Part shown: positions 33,496 to 48,700 of the stretch, piece after piece
Layout: each line of letters starts with the position of its first letter
Numbering within the stretch: position 1 is the stretch's first letter
Assembly (NCBI GenBank): GCA_002104945.1
Contig: MCFH01000005.1
Coordinates: forward strand, 310,001 to 374,000
DNA from: Piromyces finnis finn
Taxonomy: Eukaryota > Fungi > Neocallimastigomycota
Reading direction: 5' to 3'
Length of the DNA stretch: 64,000 nucleotides
Notes under the pieces: generated by a model
Told to the model about the DNA's origin: nothing
Database searches by the model: none
Seen by the model: only the letters and a program-made list of their open reading frames with translations
Position numbers and translations under genes: made by a program

Positions 33496-36400
33496 TCATG
33501 GAACAAAATTATGATCTCCATTGGTTGCGCTGGCCCTCCTGGCCTGTCTTACTGTTTCTTCAGTATTGACGCTCTTGGATGTTGCTTCAAACCTTTTGAA
33601 CATTGTCCATTGCTGGCCAATATTAAAAGGCATGATTTTGGTTAGAAGTTCCGCGGTTACCGTCAAGAATGGTGTTCCTTCGTTAGTACCAGATTGAATC
33701 TGACGCTTACAAAGTTCTTTCCATTCCCTTGAATTGTAATTAATATTGTTAAAACTTCTTCCCCCAAGAAGGAATTTAAATATTTTACTGCACACACTAG
33801 AATAATCATACACATTAATATTCACCGGATTATTAGAACTATTACTATCATTAACTAAATTACTATCTAAATTAGAATTATTATCTTCACTATTGTTATC
33901 ATTACTAATATTATTATTTCTATAACTACTATTGTTACTATTACTATTAATGTTATTGCTATCTCTACTGATATTAACATTTTCATTATTATTGATAGGA
34001 CTATTGGAATTACGTTGACTGAAAAAATTTAGTAGCTGGACTATGGAATCATAATGTTTAATACGGATATCTCTAAATGTTGGACAATCTAATAACCAAT
34101 GTTTAATACTTTGAACACCACACTTGCAACATGGACAGTAGTTAGGACAAACTGGATCAACAAATTTGGCAGCTTTGGCAACTCTAGCATCCAACTTGTA
34201 TCCACTTCTTGCTTTCAAGAGCCAGTAGAAGCCATAGGCAAACTCTGGGTACTCATAACATAATTTGATAAAATCTTTAGTTTCAATAAATTTATTATCA
34301 TCATAATATTGCGCTTTGATTGAATTCCCTTTGAGATCTTTCCAATAAAAGTTTTTGATTGCTTTAACATCTCCATGCTTCTTTAGTTTTTTATCAAGTG
34401 TCCTACTTGATTTGCACCACGTGTATTTTCTAAATTTAGGAATGTAATTGACAAGGTGTGAGATAATACAATTTGAGTTTTTCCATTTGTTAAAACATCT
34501 AACCTGAGTTAAAGCACATTTGGCTGACAATGGAGGAATATTCAAATCTTTTGAGATAGAGTATAAAGATATAAACGATACAGCTTTATGAACTCCGGCA
34601 ACCCATCGTATTCCTTTGTTAACATGCTTCTGAGCAATTCTAGACCTGGCTTTGTTGGATCCAAGTAATGGTGCAAAGTATGAAACTCTGCTAATCACTT
34701 GTGAGTTAAGTAATAGCTTTTTGAAGGGAATAGGAATATTAGAATTTCTTAAGAATTTACTGACTGAAAAAAGTCCTTTCAAAACCTTGTTATTAAGAGC
34801 TTTAATTACTGGTTTAAGGGACAGATTCTTATCAAATGGAACACCAAGATAAGTATAACAATCAGTAGTTGGAATGGGTTGTCCTGCTAAGTAAAATGTT
34901 GGATCTCTCTTGATCTGATTTTCTATTGATTCAGAACGAATCACCATCGTTGAACATTTCTGGATACCAAATTCCATTTCATTATACAAGGCCCATTCAT
35001 TAACTCTTCTTAGCATCTTTTTTAAGCATCCTCTTGTTGGAGCACAAATAACTATATCATCTGCAAAAAGTCCACCACAGCATCGAGTGTCACTTAAACT
35101 GACTCTAAGATCTTCGCACTCTTTAAATATATCATTAATAAAGAGATTAAAGAGAATAGGAGAAAGAGGGCATCCTTGACGGACTCCTTTCTTCACATCA
35201 AAAGATTTCGAGAATTGTCCATCTAATTTGACATTAGCCTTAGATGTTAAATATAAATTTTTGATAAATTGTAAACTCTTACCTCGGATTCCTAAACAAT
35301 CTAATTTATGGAGAATATTACCGATTGGGACTGAATCGTATGCTTTCCTGAGATTTAAAAAGGCCAAATATGTCTCTTTATTATCTAATTGACGTCTACG
35401 GCATATTTCTTGGATTGAAATGAAAAGACTGATACTTTCTTCCTTTTTTCGAAAACCAAATTGTTCAGGTCTAATGAAATTATTCTTTAGACCATATTCT
35501 GAGATTCTAGTGGTGACAATTTTGGAAATCAACTTAATACTATTATTGATAAGTGATATACCTCGATAGTTATCACAATCTGTCAAATCTCCCTTCTTAG
35601 GAATAGAAACAATACTGGATTCATTCCATGAGTTGGGGAAGTCTCCATCCCAAATACGGTTGAATAATTTAAGAATAAAATTTAAACCATGAGCATCATT
35701 ATCTGAAGTGGTATTACCGGAAGAATTATTATCTTTAGCATTATTAGAATCATTACTTGATGGAATTAATGCTTTGTAAAATTCAATTGGAATACCATCT
35801 GGACCTGATGCTTTATAATTTGGAGTAGAGAGGATAGCTGACTTGACTTCATCAATACTAATATCTTGGTTGATATCCCACTCATCAAGCATAGGAAGTG
35901 AAAAACGTTTATTCATTGGTTCTTCATACCAATGCTCCAAATCAAGACTTACACTACTTGGATCTGATGCAAGCTTTTCGAAATGATCATGCCACACTTC
36001 TAGTTGTTCTTCTGTAGCAACAACTAATTCTCCATTTTTATTTTTAATTGGTTGAGCAATAAAGAAAGAATCTTTTCCAATTTTTGCAGTTTTCTTGATC
36101 CATTTCCAGGCCTTCTTAGAATTATGACTCTTCATATACTCACATCCTGTTTTAATCCAATGAAGATATTCTTGTTTCCTAAATTCATTACATCTTTTGT
36201 GGATGTAATCAATGAGCTTACGGTAGATTTTAATTCTTTTAATAAATTCATTTATATCATAAATCCTTTCTTTTTTAAATCTCTTATACAACTTCATTTT
36301 GATTTTTTGAAGATTAAAAATTTGTTGTGAAATATGAAATGAAGACTTTATAACATTATTTGCTGAGGTAATACTGAGCTCGTCTGCAATTGAAAAAGCA

Positions 36401-37992
36401 GTTGAAGTAAACTCTTTGGAAAGTTCATCTGTAGAAACATTAGGATCGTTGAATTTTGCTGAAAGTATTTGGAATTTATTATGACTGAGAATAGATTCCT
36501 TTTCCTCAATACATTTTAATCTATTCCATTTCAGAATTTTCTTAGGAACATTAAAGTCATTAGAAAAATCTTCCATAGGAATAATTTTACCATTAATAAG
36601 AAGTGGCTTATGGTCTGATACAGGATAAAAATTATTTATAAATGATCCTGAGTGAATAAGATCTTTCATCTTCGAATTGATAAGAGCATGGTCAATGTCG
36701 GAAGATTGATCACCTCGAGTCCAAGAGATAGTAGACCCTCTAAGCGGAAGAATTTCCCAATCTCCTAATCCATTAGTTGATAACCAGTTGGATAATTTTA
36801 CTTTAGACATATTAAAATCACCAACAAGAATCGATGGATGGGATGAATGAGTTTGTAACCACAAGCGAACTTCTAACTTTGCATGATCAACATAGATGTT
36901 GTGATGACTATGAGGCATATAAACATTTCCAATCGAGCATTTGAATCTATTCCAGAGACTAAAAGTATAAATAGAAATAATATACTTTCCAGAGAAGTTT
37001 TCAAGTGAGGCTTGACACGAATTGTGAAAACCTAAATATAAACCTCTCATTCCCGGAACTGATTCGTCAGCTTTCTTGAAAAAGTGTCTATAGTTTCGCA
37101 AAGTAACACGACAAGGATAATCTGTATTCGATCCAGAACCATTACCAGTTTCTTGGAAACATAAAAATAATGGTTTGAAAATAGCTGTGAAATAGCTAAT
37201 ACTATCTCTCTTTTCGTGATTCCACCCATTGGTGTTCCAACTAAGACAAAAAGAAAAGTTATCAGGCTTGTTGGATGAGGAAGAATCGTTGCTATTATTA
37301 TTATTATTAAAGTCATCGTTATTAATGGATGATGCATCAGAGGAATAAGTAGAACTATTACTAGATGGCTGTGAAACTGAAGAACTATTAACTATTGAAC
37401 TGTTATCAGAGTTGATAGAACTATTAGAATTAATTGTTGAATGTTGAGATTGAAATTGTGTTTGCTGTAGATCTGGAATATTTTCATGATGGGAAACTTG
37501 TTGAAGATCTTGTTGAAGATCTTGTTGAAGATCGGATTGTTGAAGAGATTGTTGAACTGATTGTTGATGAGATTGTTGAATAGAATGTTGATGTTTATTA
37601 GAAACTAAAATTTTACGTTTGAGAGTGGAAAAAGTGTATTTGTGATTCCTTCTACTACGAGCTGAAAAGGAAATTGAGGTAACTGAAAGTTTCTTCTTTA
37701 ACATGTGTAAGATTTTAATACAATCTTTTGATGAACCATGAACCTTGACTAAGAAAAAGTGATCATTGAAAGTTTGAAAATATTTAACACTAATAACTGA
37801 ATTAAATTTATCTTCTAGAATAACCTCGAGTTTTTCCCATAGCATATTTACTGACCATGATCGAATACCACGGATAAAGAAGGAGCGAATATCATCTAAG
37901 GGGATACCATAAGACCGGGTACCACGTAAATATAACGTATATGGAAAAAAATCTGTCTCTCTCTCTCTTCTTAAAAGTACTGGATAGTACAA
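33496..37992 (-). CDS. Retrotransposon polyprotein: N-terminal extension, APE endonuclease, reverse transcriptase, zf-RVT-like finger
   Basis: APE motifs SWNTNG, FQETG, GDFN, SDH. RT motifs GPDGIP, EQFGFR, KAYDSV, GVRQGCPLSPILFNLF, FADD (35056-35067), YLG. C-terminal CPCCKCGVQSIKHWLLDC (C-x2-C-x8-H-x4-C). 37992 is a TTG; the first in-frame ATG is at 37845. Confidence 0.95.
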   Translation of the reverse strand: MYYPVLLRRERETDFFPYTLYLRGTRSYGIPLDDIRSFFIRGIRSWSVNMLWEKLEVILEDKFNSVISVKYFQTFNDHFFLVKVHGSSKDCIKILHMLKKKLSVTSISFSARSRRNHKYTFSTLKRKILVSNKHQHSIQQSHQQSVQQSLQQSDLQQDLQQDLQQVSHHENIPDLQQTQFQSQHSTINSNSSINSDNSSIVNSSSVSQPSSNSSTYSSDASSINNDDFNNNNNSNDSSSSNKPDNFSFCLSWNTNGWNHEKRDSISYFTAIFKPLFLCFQETGNGSGSNTDYPCRVTLRNYRHFFKKADESVPGMRGLYLGFHNSCQASLENFSGKYIISIYTFSLWNRFKCSIGNVYMPHSHHNIYVDHAKLEVRLWLQTHSSHPSILVGDFNMSKVKLSNWLSTNGLGDWEILPLRGSTISWTRGDQSSDIDHALINSKMKDLIHSGSFINNFYPVSDHKPLLINGKIIPMEDFSNDFNVPKKILKWNRLKCIEEKESILSHNKFQILSAKFNDPNVSTDELSKEFTSTAFSIADELSITSANNVIKSSFHISQQIFNLQKIKMKLYKRFKKERIYDINEFIKRIKIYRKLIDYIHKRCNEFRKQEYLHWIKTGCEYMKSHNSKKAWKWIKKTAKIGKDSFFIAQPIKNKNGELVVATEEQLEVWHDHFEKLASDPSSVSLDLEHWYEEPMNKRFSLPMLDEWDINQDISIDEVKSAILSTPNYKASGPDGIPIEFYKALIPSSNDSNNAKDNNSSGNTTSDNDAHGLNFILKLFNRIWDGDFPNSWNESSIVSIPKKGDLTDCDNYRGISLINNSIKLISKIVTTRISEYGLKNNFIRPEQFGFRKKEESISLFISIQEICRRRQLDNKETYLAFLNLRKAYDSVPIGNILHKLDCLGIRGKSLQFIKNLYLTSKANVKLDGQFSKSFDVKKGVRQGCPLSPILFNLFINDIFKECEDLRVSLSDTRCCGGLFADDIVICAPTRGCLKKMLRRVNEWALYNEMEFGIQKCSTMVIRSESIENQIKRDPTFYLAGQPIPTTDCYTYLGVPFDKNLSLKPVIKALNNKVLKGLFSVSKFLRNSNIPIPFKKLLLNSQVISRVSYFAPLLGSNKARSRIAQKHVNKGIRWVAGVHKAVSFISLYSISKDLNIPPLSAKCALTQVRCFNKWKNSNCIISHLVNYIPKFRKYTWCKSSRTLDKKLKKHGDVKAIKNFYWKDLKGNSIKAQYYDDNKFIETKDFIKLCYEYPEFAYGFYWLLKARSGYKLDARVAKAAKFVDPVCPNYCPCCKCGVQSIKHWLLDCPTFRDIRIKHYDSIVQLLNFFSQRNSNSPINNNENVNISRDSNNINSNSNNSSYRNNNISNDNNSEDNNSNLDSNLVNDSNSSNNPVNINVYDYSSVCSKIFKFLLGGRSFNNINYNSREWKELCKRQIQSGTNEGTPFLTVTAELLTKIMPFNIGQQWTMFKRFEATSKSVNTEETVRQARRASATNGDHNFVP

Positions 37993-38469
37993 AAATTGTT
38001 ACGATGCTTTGTTTAAAGTTTCTTTTTTTTGAATTCTAGTTGTAAATTTACTTTAAAAATTCTAGTTTTGGTTTGTTGTTAGTAAATTCGATTCGCTTTT
38101 TGACACTAAAATTGTTTGACTTTACTTTTCATTAAATATTTAAATTGGTAAAAAATTTGAATCAAGAATGTCGACACCAGAAAGCTTGTGAATAGTATTT
38201 TTACATGATGTAGAGTGAATCAGTCTCTTACAAGAAACAATACAACAATAGCTACATGAATATAAAAATACAATGCAAATGCTAAAGTTGACTACATTGG
38301 ATTCTTACAAGAGAAGAGTAGTACTACATGAATACATGAATAAAAGAAAAAAATACAGCAACAAAATGTATTACTCTTCTAATTAAATACTATACAAACT
38401 TACCTGAGTATCAAACATTCAACTTATTCATCAAATACTTAAATTCGATGAATAAAATGTTTTTTAATC

Positions 38470-38638
38470 GCTCAGTACCATGAGCTTAGTCCTAATAATT
38501 TTCCCTTAAAGACTAACCAAGCATCCATTGCGCAATGCTTGGATTTAATTCTTTCTACTCTCTCAGTACCATGAGCATGAGTAGACCCCCTTGAGAAACT
38601 ACATTTATTAAATAAATGAAGGCACGTTCCCAAGAGGG
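38470..38638 (-). other. Structured 5' leader of the retrotransposon (five hairpins)
   Basis: Inverted repeats 38586-97/38627-38, 38554-60/38579-85, 38517-24/38535-42, 38486-91/38511-16, 38470-74/38481-85. A 15-nt direct repeat ctcagtaccatgagc occurs at 38471 and 38562. Confidence 0.7.
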
Positions 38639-38651
38639 AGCTTCTTGTTAA
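38639..38651. repeat. Right target-site duplication AGCTTCTTGTTAA
   Basis: Matches 33217-33229. Confidence 0.93.
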
Positions 38652-38870
38652 ATATTAATTAGAAACACTCATTTAAGTAATGATGCTGCTTTATATAATG
38701 CGTGCATGTGAAAATGAAAATTATAATATCGTTAAAATGTTGTTACACAAAAATGTTAATTAATAATTTAAATAACAAAAATTTAATTAAATTAGCTATT
38801 TCGGACCAAAATAATAAATACGAAATTGTGAAAATACTATTAGCTGAAAATGCATTATTAAATATTTAAA
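38652..38870 (+). pseudogene. Decayed ankyrin-repeat gene, 3' part
   Basis: LLYIMRACENENYNIVKMLLHKNVN* and LIKLAISDQNNKYEIVKILLAENA continue the ankyrin pattern after the right TSD. Confidence 0.65.
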
Positions 38871-39150
38871 GCTATTTAAAAATTAATTAAAAAGGATATA
38901 ATAAAATAGAAGAGTTAATTTTAGATGCGAGTAATTTATTATAATTATTGAAACAAAAAAGTATAAATATAATGTAAAACAATAAACATATAAATGTATT
39001 ATTAAAATAGTGATTCAATAAATTTCATTACCAAAAGAAAAATAAATACAAAATACATTTTTGTAATTAATTTTATTAATAATATTACTTTAATTTTATA
39101 TTATGAAATTTAGATTTTAATATAAATATCAATAACAATTAACTAATGCT

Positions 39151-42119
<2,969 letters not shown>

Positions 42120-42756
42120 TTAAAAATTTTTGAATATGAAGTAATATTGTTATTTTTATTTTTAATTTTATTTTATATATGCTGAAAATTTAAAAATCAT
42201 AATTTTGTGTAACAATTTGAATATTAATCTTAATTAATAATAAACCATACTAACACCTTCTCAAAATGTTATTTAATAACAAAAATTAAATAATGATTAA
42301 TAATCAATTGAAACTAAAATAAATAAATAAATAAATAGAAAAAAAAAAAAACAATAATTCAATTAAATTGTTATCAAAGTCATTTTCATTTTCCATTTAT
42401 ATATAATTTATAATAGTTAAATTTTTATGTAATACATATAAAAAAATGGACATTTTAAAGTACATCAAATAAAAGCCATGAAATATTTAATCCAATAAAA
42501 TATTTAATAATTATTAATAATTCGTATCAAGAATGACCATGTAAAACATATGTCCATTTTTATATTTATATAAATATAGTAATATTTAACAATATGTATA
42601 GTTTTAATAGTTGATATTCTTATTTTAAGATATAAATATTGATATAAATAATAATTTATATTATTTCTCTTTATCATCTTTTTCAAAATAACTTTGAGAA
42701 AAACTAATATAAATAATTACAATAACCTTGTTATATAAGGTTATTAAAATAAAAAA

Positions 42757-45700
42757 ATGAGTAATCTATTAGATTTGAAAAAAAATAATGAAAATAATAA
42801 TATTTCAAATGAAAATAACAACTTTAAAGACATCCATAAGGATAAAAACGAGAAGCAATTATTAAAAGAAAAAGAAAATTACGACAAAAGAAAAAATATT
42901 AACATGGAAAATATTGATACTGACGTAGAAGAAAATAATATTAATAATAATACTAATGATAACTATAGCTCATCCCAAAGAATTATTAGTAAAAATATTA
43001 CTAATAACAAAAAAAACCATTCTCAAGCTACTCATATATTTTTTATTATTTCTATATCAGAAGATACATTATTAAAAAATAACTCAATAGAAATCCTTGG
43101 CTGTTCTAAAAATGATAAAGAAATTAAAATATTAAAAAAGGAATTAATCGATATTAAAGTTAATAATAACATCAATTTTATTGATATAAAGAACTATGAA
43201 AAAGGTTTTGATGAAAAAAATATTTATATTGTTAAATTTGAGTTAGATTCAAACAATGATGATGAAAAAATATGTTTTAAAATATTAATTAATAATACAG
43301 AATTTAATAAAATGGAATATTCAATTCAAAAGTACGAGCAATTATTTATATATAATGATCTGAATATGAACCATTTATTAAAAAAAGATAAATACAAAAT
43401 TTCACTTCAACAAAAATTTTATATATTTGAAAGATATATATCTAATAATAAAATCAATTTTTTAGTTCCCTCATTATTAAAAGATACATTAAACCCATTA
43501 ATTAATCTTGAAAAAATCGATATTGAATTTATTTTATATTATCTTTTTATTTTAATTGATTATCAAAAAGTTTATTCAGAGATGCCAGAAATTTCAAAAG
43601 AATTATTTTATACTGTCATAATAAATATAAAAAAAAAAAAAGAACTTTTTATTAATTTTCCACTTAAACATGAATATAATGAAATTATTAAAATAATTGA
43701 AAATTACAGCTTTGATTATGATGAAGAATTTTTTTATAGTTTATATCTTTTCTTTTTGTTATGCTATCAAAATAATCATGAAAAATTCATTTCTTATTTT
43801 AAAAAAATATCTCATAAAAAAGAAACTATTCAATATATTAAAAAACATAAAAAATCATTTTCAATGCTTCAGGCATCACATCTACAATCAATCTTTAATA
43901 TTTCCAACAATAATATTTCATTTAATGATCTAATATCAATAATACCAAACTATAATGAATATTTAAAATTTATATGTTTGAATTGTGATTATATTCTTTC
44001 CAACAAACCAGAAATATTTGAATATCCTCCTCCAGATGATAATATAGAAATTGATTTATTAGTAAATTTCATTGAAATAATATTAAATATGAAATTGAAT
44101 AAGAAAAATACTATAATTTTTCAAAGTCAACTTACCAGCTTAATTAATAAATTAAATATGAAAAATTATAATAAATTATTTATTTTAAGAGAAATTATTA
44201 TGAAATATAAAAATAACGATATTTTTAAGAAGCCTTTGAATGAACTGAATAAAGCAATCCATATAACTGGTAAACACTTCATAAAAAATAAAAAACTAGA
44301 AAACTTAGAAATTATTATTTTTATTCACAAAGATGCTGAGGTATTTTATAAAGAATATGAAAATAATTATGAATATGCTTGTTTAATAAGTTATATTGAT
44401 ATTAACAAAATTGATGATAAATTTTGTAATGAATTTATTGGAAATAATTATGATTATAAAAAACTATTTAAAAAACAATATCCTATTTTTCTAAGTTCAA
44501 TAACACAACGTGTAGAATACTTTGAACAATTAAAAACTTTATATAAAATTTTTAATATTGATAATAATCCATCATCTATAAAAGAAATTATAAGTCATTT
44601 AATAGAAACATTGAATTCTAACTCCTTGAAAGTTAAAAATTTAAATATATTCAATTTAAGTGAAATAATTTTCCCATTATATAAATTAGTATCTGATAAC
44701 AACAATTATAAAGTTGATTCTTTAATAAAGGCTACTAAAAGAAAATTTTCTGATAAGGAAATAAATGATATTTTTATTATATTTTTAAATAATTTTATTG
44801 ATCAATTAAATAAAGATATGATTAAAAAATTAATAATAAATACAAATAATTCAAATAGTGATGATATAATCATTAATTTAAATCAAATAGAAAATATAGA
44901 AATAAAAAAGAAATTTTTACAAAGATTGGATAAAAAAGTTTTGAAAGAAAATGAAATTTTTAGAAAAGAAATATCGGATAATATGAAACTACTTCATGAA
45001 TTAATTAATATGAAATATTTTGATTATGAAAATAACAATTATAATATTCATTTTAAAGATATACACTATATTAAATCTACAACAGAAATTATGAAATGCT
45101 TATACGAAAAACTATTTCAATTTGATTTTTCATTAGATGAGATGAAAATTTTGAATCAATTAATTAACGAAGGAAAACTAATGAATAGAATACATTTAGT
45201 TACTTTAGGAAAAGAATCTTTAATGAATATTTTATACAATAAATTAAATAATAAAATAAATGAATATATTGATATATATAATAAAGTTAATGAAATTATT
45301 GATGTATATTCTTATTATTTCAAAAATAATAAAGCTAATTTAATAGAGTACTACAAAGAATTTAGAGAAAGATTTATCCATATGAAAGTAAATGAATTTC
45401 CTCAAATTAAAGAAATTAAGAATTTCAATGAATCATATACAGAGGTACATCAAATTACAATTTATAAATCTTCTAAATTTTTTATTGAAATATTCCAAAA
45501 CTTATCATCAAAAGCAAATAATGATTTTGAAGAAGTTAACGATAATATTTTAATTAATAAAACTAAAGAAGAATTCTTAAAATTAAAAAATTTATTTGAT
45601 GAAAAAACCGAAAATAGAGTAGATTTGTCATTATTAGAAGATATAGTAATAAATATTAATAATAATGATATGGAGAATCAAATTGTTAATCTCTCTTATA

Positions 45701-48700
45701 TATTAGATGTTAAAGAAATACCTAATAATTTATGTAAAAAAATCACCCTATTAAATAATAGAAAGAATAACATAATTACATTAAATAACATTGTTTTACT
45801 CCTCTATGATTTTAAAATTTATATTAATAAAACCGAAAATCATATAAGTAATCTAATATCAATATTACAAAAAAAAGAAACATTAAATGATCTTATTGAT
45901 GTAGAATTGTCTTTACAAAAACTAAATATTAATATTTCAAATTCGGATAAGTATTTTGTTGTAAAAACAGTTATTAATAAAATGTATATTAAACCAGAAT
46001 TAATAAGTTTTTTAATTAATAAAAAAATAAACGATATTCATTCAATGGGTGAATTTATTGATGATTCAGAAAATGAATTTTTATCTTTATCTGATATAGA
46101 TCAATTAGAAACATGTGCTGCCTTTATACATGAATTAAAGAAAAAAAGTACTAGTTTGAATGAAAAAACTTTTTTAGATGCATTTTTAAAACTTGTTGAA
46201 AATGAAAATTATAAAGAAATTGACATTAAGTTTGAAAATTCTTCTAATAAATACCATGATTTTTGTGAACTTTTTACTAGTCACTTAAATCCAAATGAAT
46301 TAAATAAGAAGCACATAAAAGAAATATATCAAAAAAGTCTATTTATTTTAAAACCAAATGAATGCATAATAGAATATGTAAATAATAGAAAGAAAATCAC
46401 TAAATATTTTGAAGAAATACTTGATTTAAGAGATGTAGCATTGTTAAGAAAAAAAGATCAAAAAGAAAGTAACTATTTTAAAATATGTGAAACCTTTGCA
46501 GAAATAATTAGTGATATTCAAGAAATTTTAAAATTAATCAATATTATTACTTTAAAAGGATATTATAAAGAAATAAAATTTACAATTAGAATTGCTGATG
46601 GTAAATCATATGAATGTCAAAATTCAAAAAACGAAATGGAATTAAAAAATATTATTAATTATTTAAATGAAATTAAAAAGGTTCAAAATGAAGAAGTAAA
46701 AAATATATATTTATTAAATGACATTGTTCGGTTAATTTATGGAAGACAGTTTAGTTACATATATCAATACTTAATAACTAATAATAACAAAGAATTAAAT
46801 AAACCAATGAATAATAATATTTTGAATAATATCTTAAAATATGCTACAAATAATAAAAATACTAACTATAATGATAATTATAATAATAATAATATGAAGA
46901 ATATTAACAAAGAAAATACACAAATACTTTTAAAAGAAATGTATACTACTGTAGGTACATATCTAAACGAATTATATAAAATAAATAATATAGACTTAAA
47001 AAGCATATATAATAAATCAATTATTGTAAATGGTTCAAAAAAGGGAATATTTAGTTATTCAAGTCAATTAGAAAATATTGAAAGAAATGCAATTTACTGT
47101 TCATTAAATTTAACTGGAAACTTTCCAATTGCTCAAACAGTTTTATTATGTAATTGTAATACTACAGAAGAAGAGATAACTTCGTTTACATACAGAAGTA
47201 TTAAATGTAAATATAACACATTATTTCTTATTATTAAACCAGAAAATTTAAGTCTTGAGAAGAAGCATTTACTCATTGAACTATTAAAAGAAATTTATTC
47301 ACCAAACCCAAAATGTATTAATTCGTGTATAATCTTTATATATAATAATAAAAATAAAACTAATGAAATTATAACAGAAATTGAAAAATTACCATATCAT
47401 AAATATTTTGACTTAAAAATAGAAAATAATAATGAAAGAAAATATCCAAATATAGAAATTTATTCTAGTGAATTCTCTGGATTAGGAAAGTCAACATTGA
47501 TTAAAAGTAATTTTAAAAAAGAGGATAATAATAATGAATATGATTATCATTATTTTCCATTGGGTGGAGATATTAATGAAAATGAGATTTTTGAAAAAGT
47601 ATTACCATTTACAGATAAAAAAATTGCATTACATTTAGATTTATATGATACTGAACAAATTGAATTAATTAATGAATTTTTATTTTCATTTTTAATTTTA
47701 AGATGTTATTCAAAAAATGAAACTGTATTTTATTATGGAAATAATATAAGAATTAAAGTTGAAATACCAAATAGCTTTATTGATTTTAAAAAAATATTTC
47801 CAATATTTGGATTTTTTAAAAATATTCATTTAGCGTCTGATAAGATGTTACCATTAAATGTTCCTAATAATATATATTCCAATGTCCAAATTGTTTCAAA
47901 TTATTTAAAATATATTAATCAAATTAATACCAGTGATATATTTATAGAAGAAATAAGTAAAATCGATCGTATAAATAGTATTAATGCAGTCCCACTAAGT
48001 CAAACAGAATGTCAACGCCTTATATTTGAAAATTTAAATATTAATAAACCAAATTATTATCAAATTGAGTCTTTTATGAAAATTTTATCTGAACAGTTTA
48101 TTCTCTTATCTAATTCTATATATTTAAATGCAAATCACATAAATAGTCTTTCACAAATAAAAAAAAATCTAAATAATGTAAGATATTTTTTTGTAAATTC
48201 ATTATTATCAATGACAAAGCACTTTATAACATCTTCATATGATAATATTTTAAAAAGTCAAAATATAACCTATTCCCATCAAAAAGGAGAAATTGATATT
48301 ATTGAAGCTAATGAACGAGCAATTGAAATTTTAACGGAAAAAGAACCATTTTCAATTGATAATATTAAACCAAGTATGATTATAATTAATGAAGACTTTC
48401 AATCTATATCTGAAATTGTAACATGTGAAGAAGATACAGATGAATATAGATTATTAAAAGCAATATATAATTCAGATTCACATGAAGAAAAAAGGAATGT
48501 TTTGGACTATAAAAATTTGAAGTCAGAAGAGTTTTTAGTTGAAGTTAAAAAAGTTCTAAATATTAACAATCCAATTAATGAACTTGATAAAAATTCTCCA
48601 AAAATATTGGGTGGAAAACAATTAAGATATTTGAATGATATTACAAAATCTTATGTATTTACTGCTGATAACTTTATTAAATTAATTATAATTTCATTAA

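Larger units (their letters stand above)
33230..38638 (-). mobile_element. Apparently full-length non-LTR retrotransposon (APE + RT + C-terminal CCHC), 5409 bp
   Basis: 13-bp TSD, 28-nt poly(A) tail on the minus strand, a single long ORF, ~640 nt of 5' leader, and visibly higher GC than the host flanks. Confidence 0.95.

Noticed and set aside
34652-37337. Short ORFs overlapping the retrotransposon (34652, 36052, 37047)
   Set aside because: They are antisense or off-frame to the polyprotein with no recognisable features.
38555-38570. CUGAGAG in the retrotransposon leader as a hammerhead core
   Set aside because: It does not fit CUGANGA, the bases are paired in the H2 stem, and there is no properly placed GAAA/UH.
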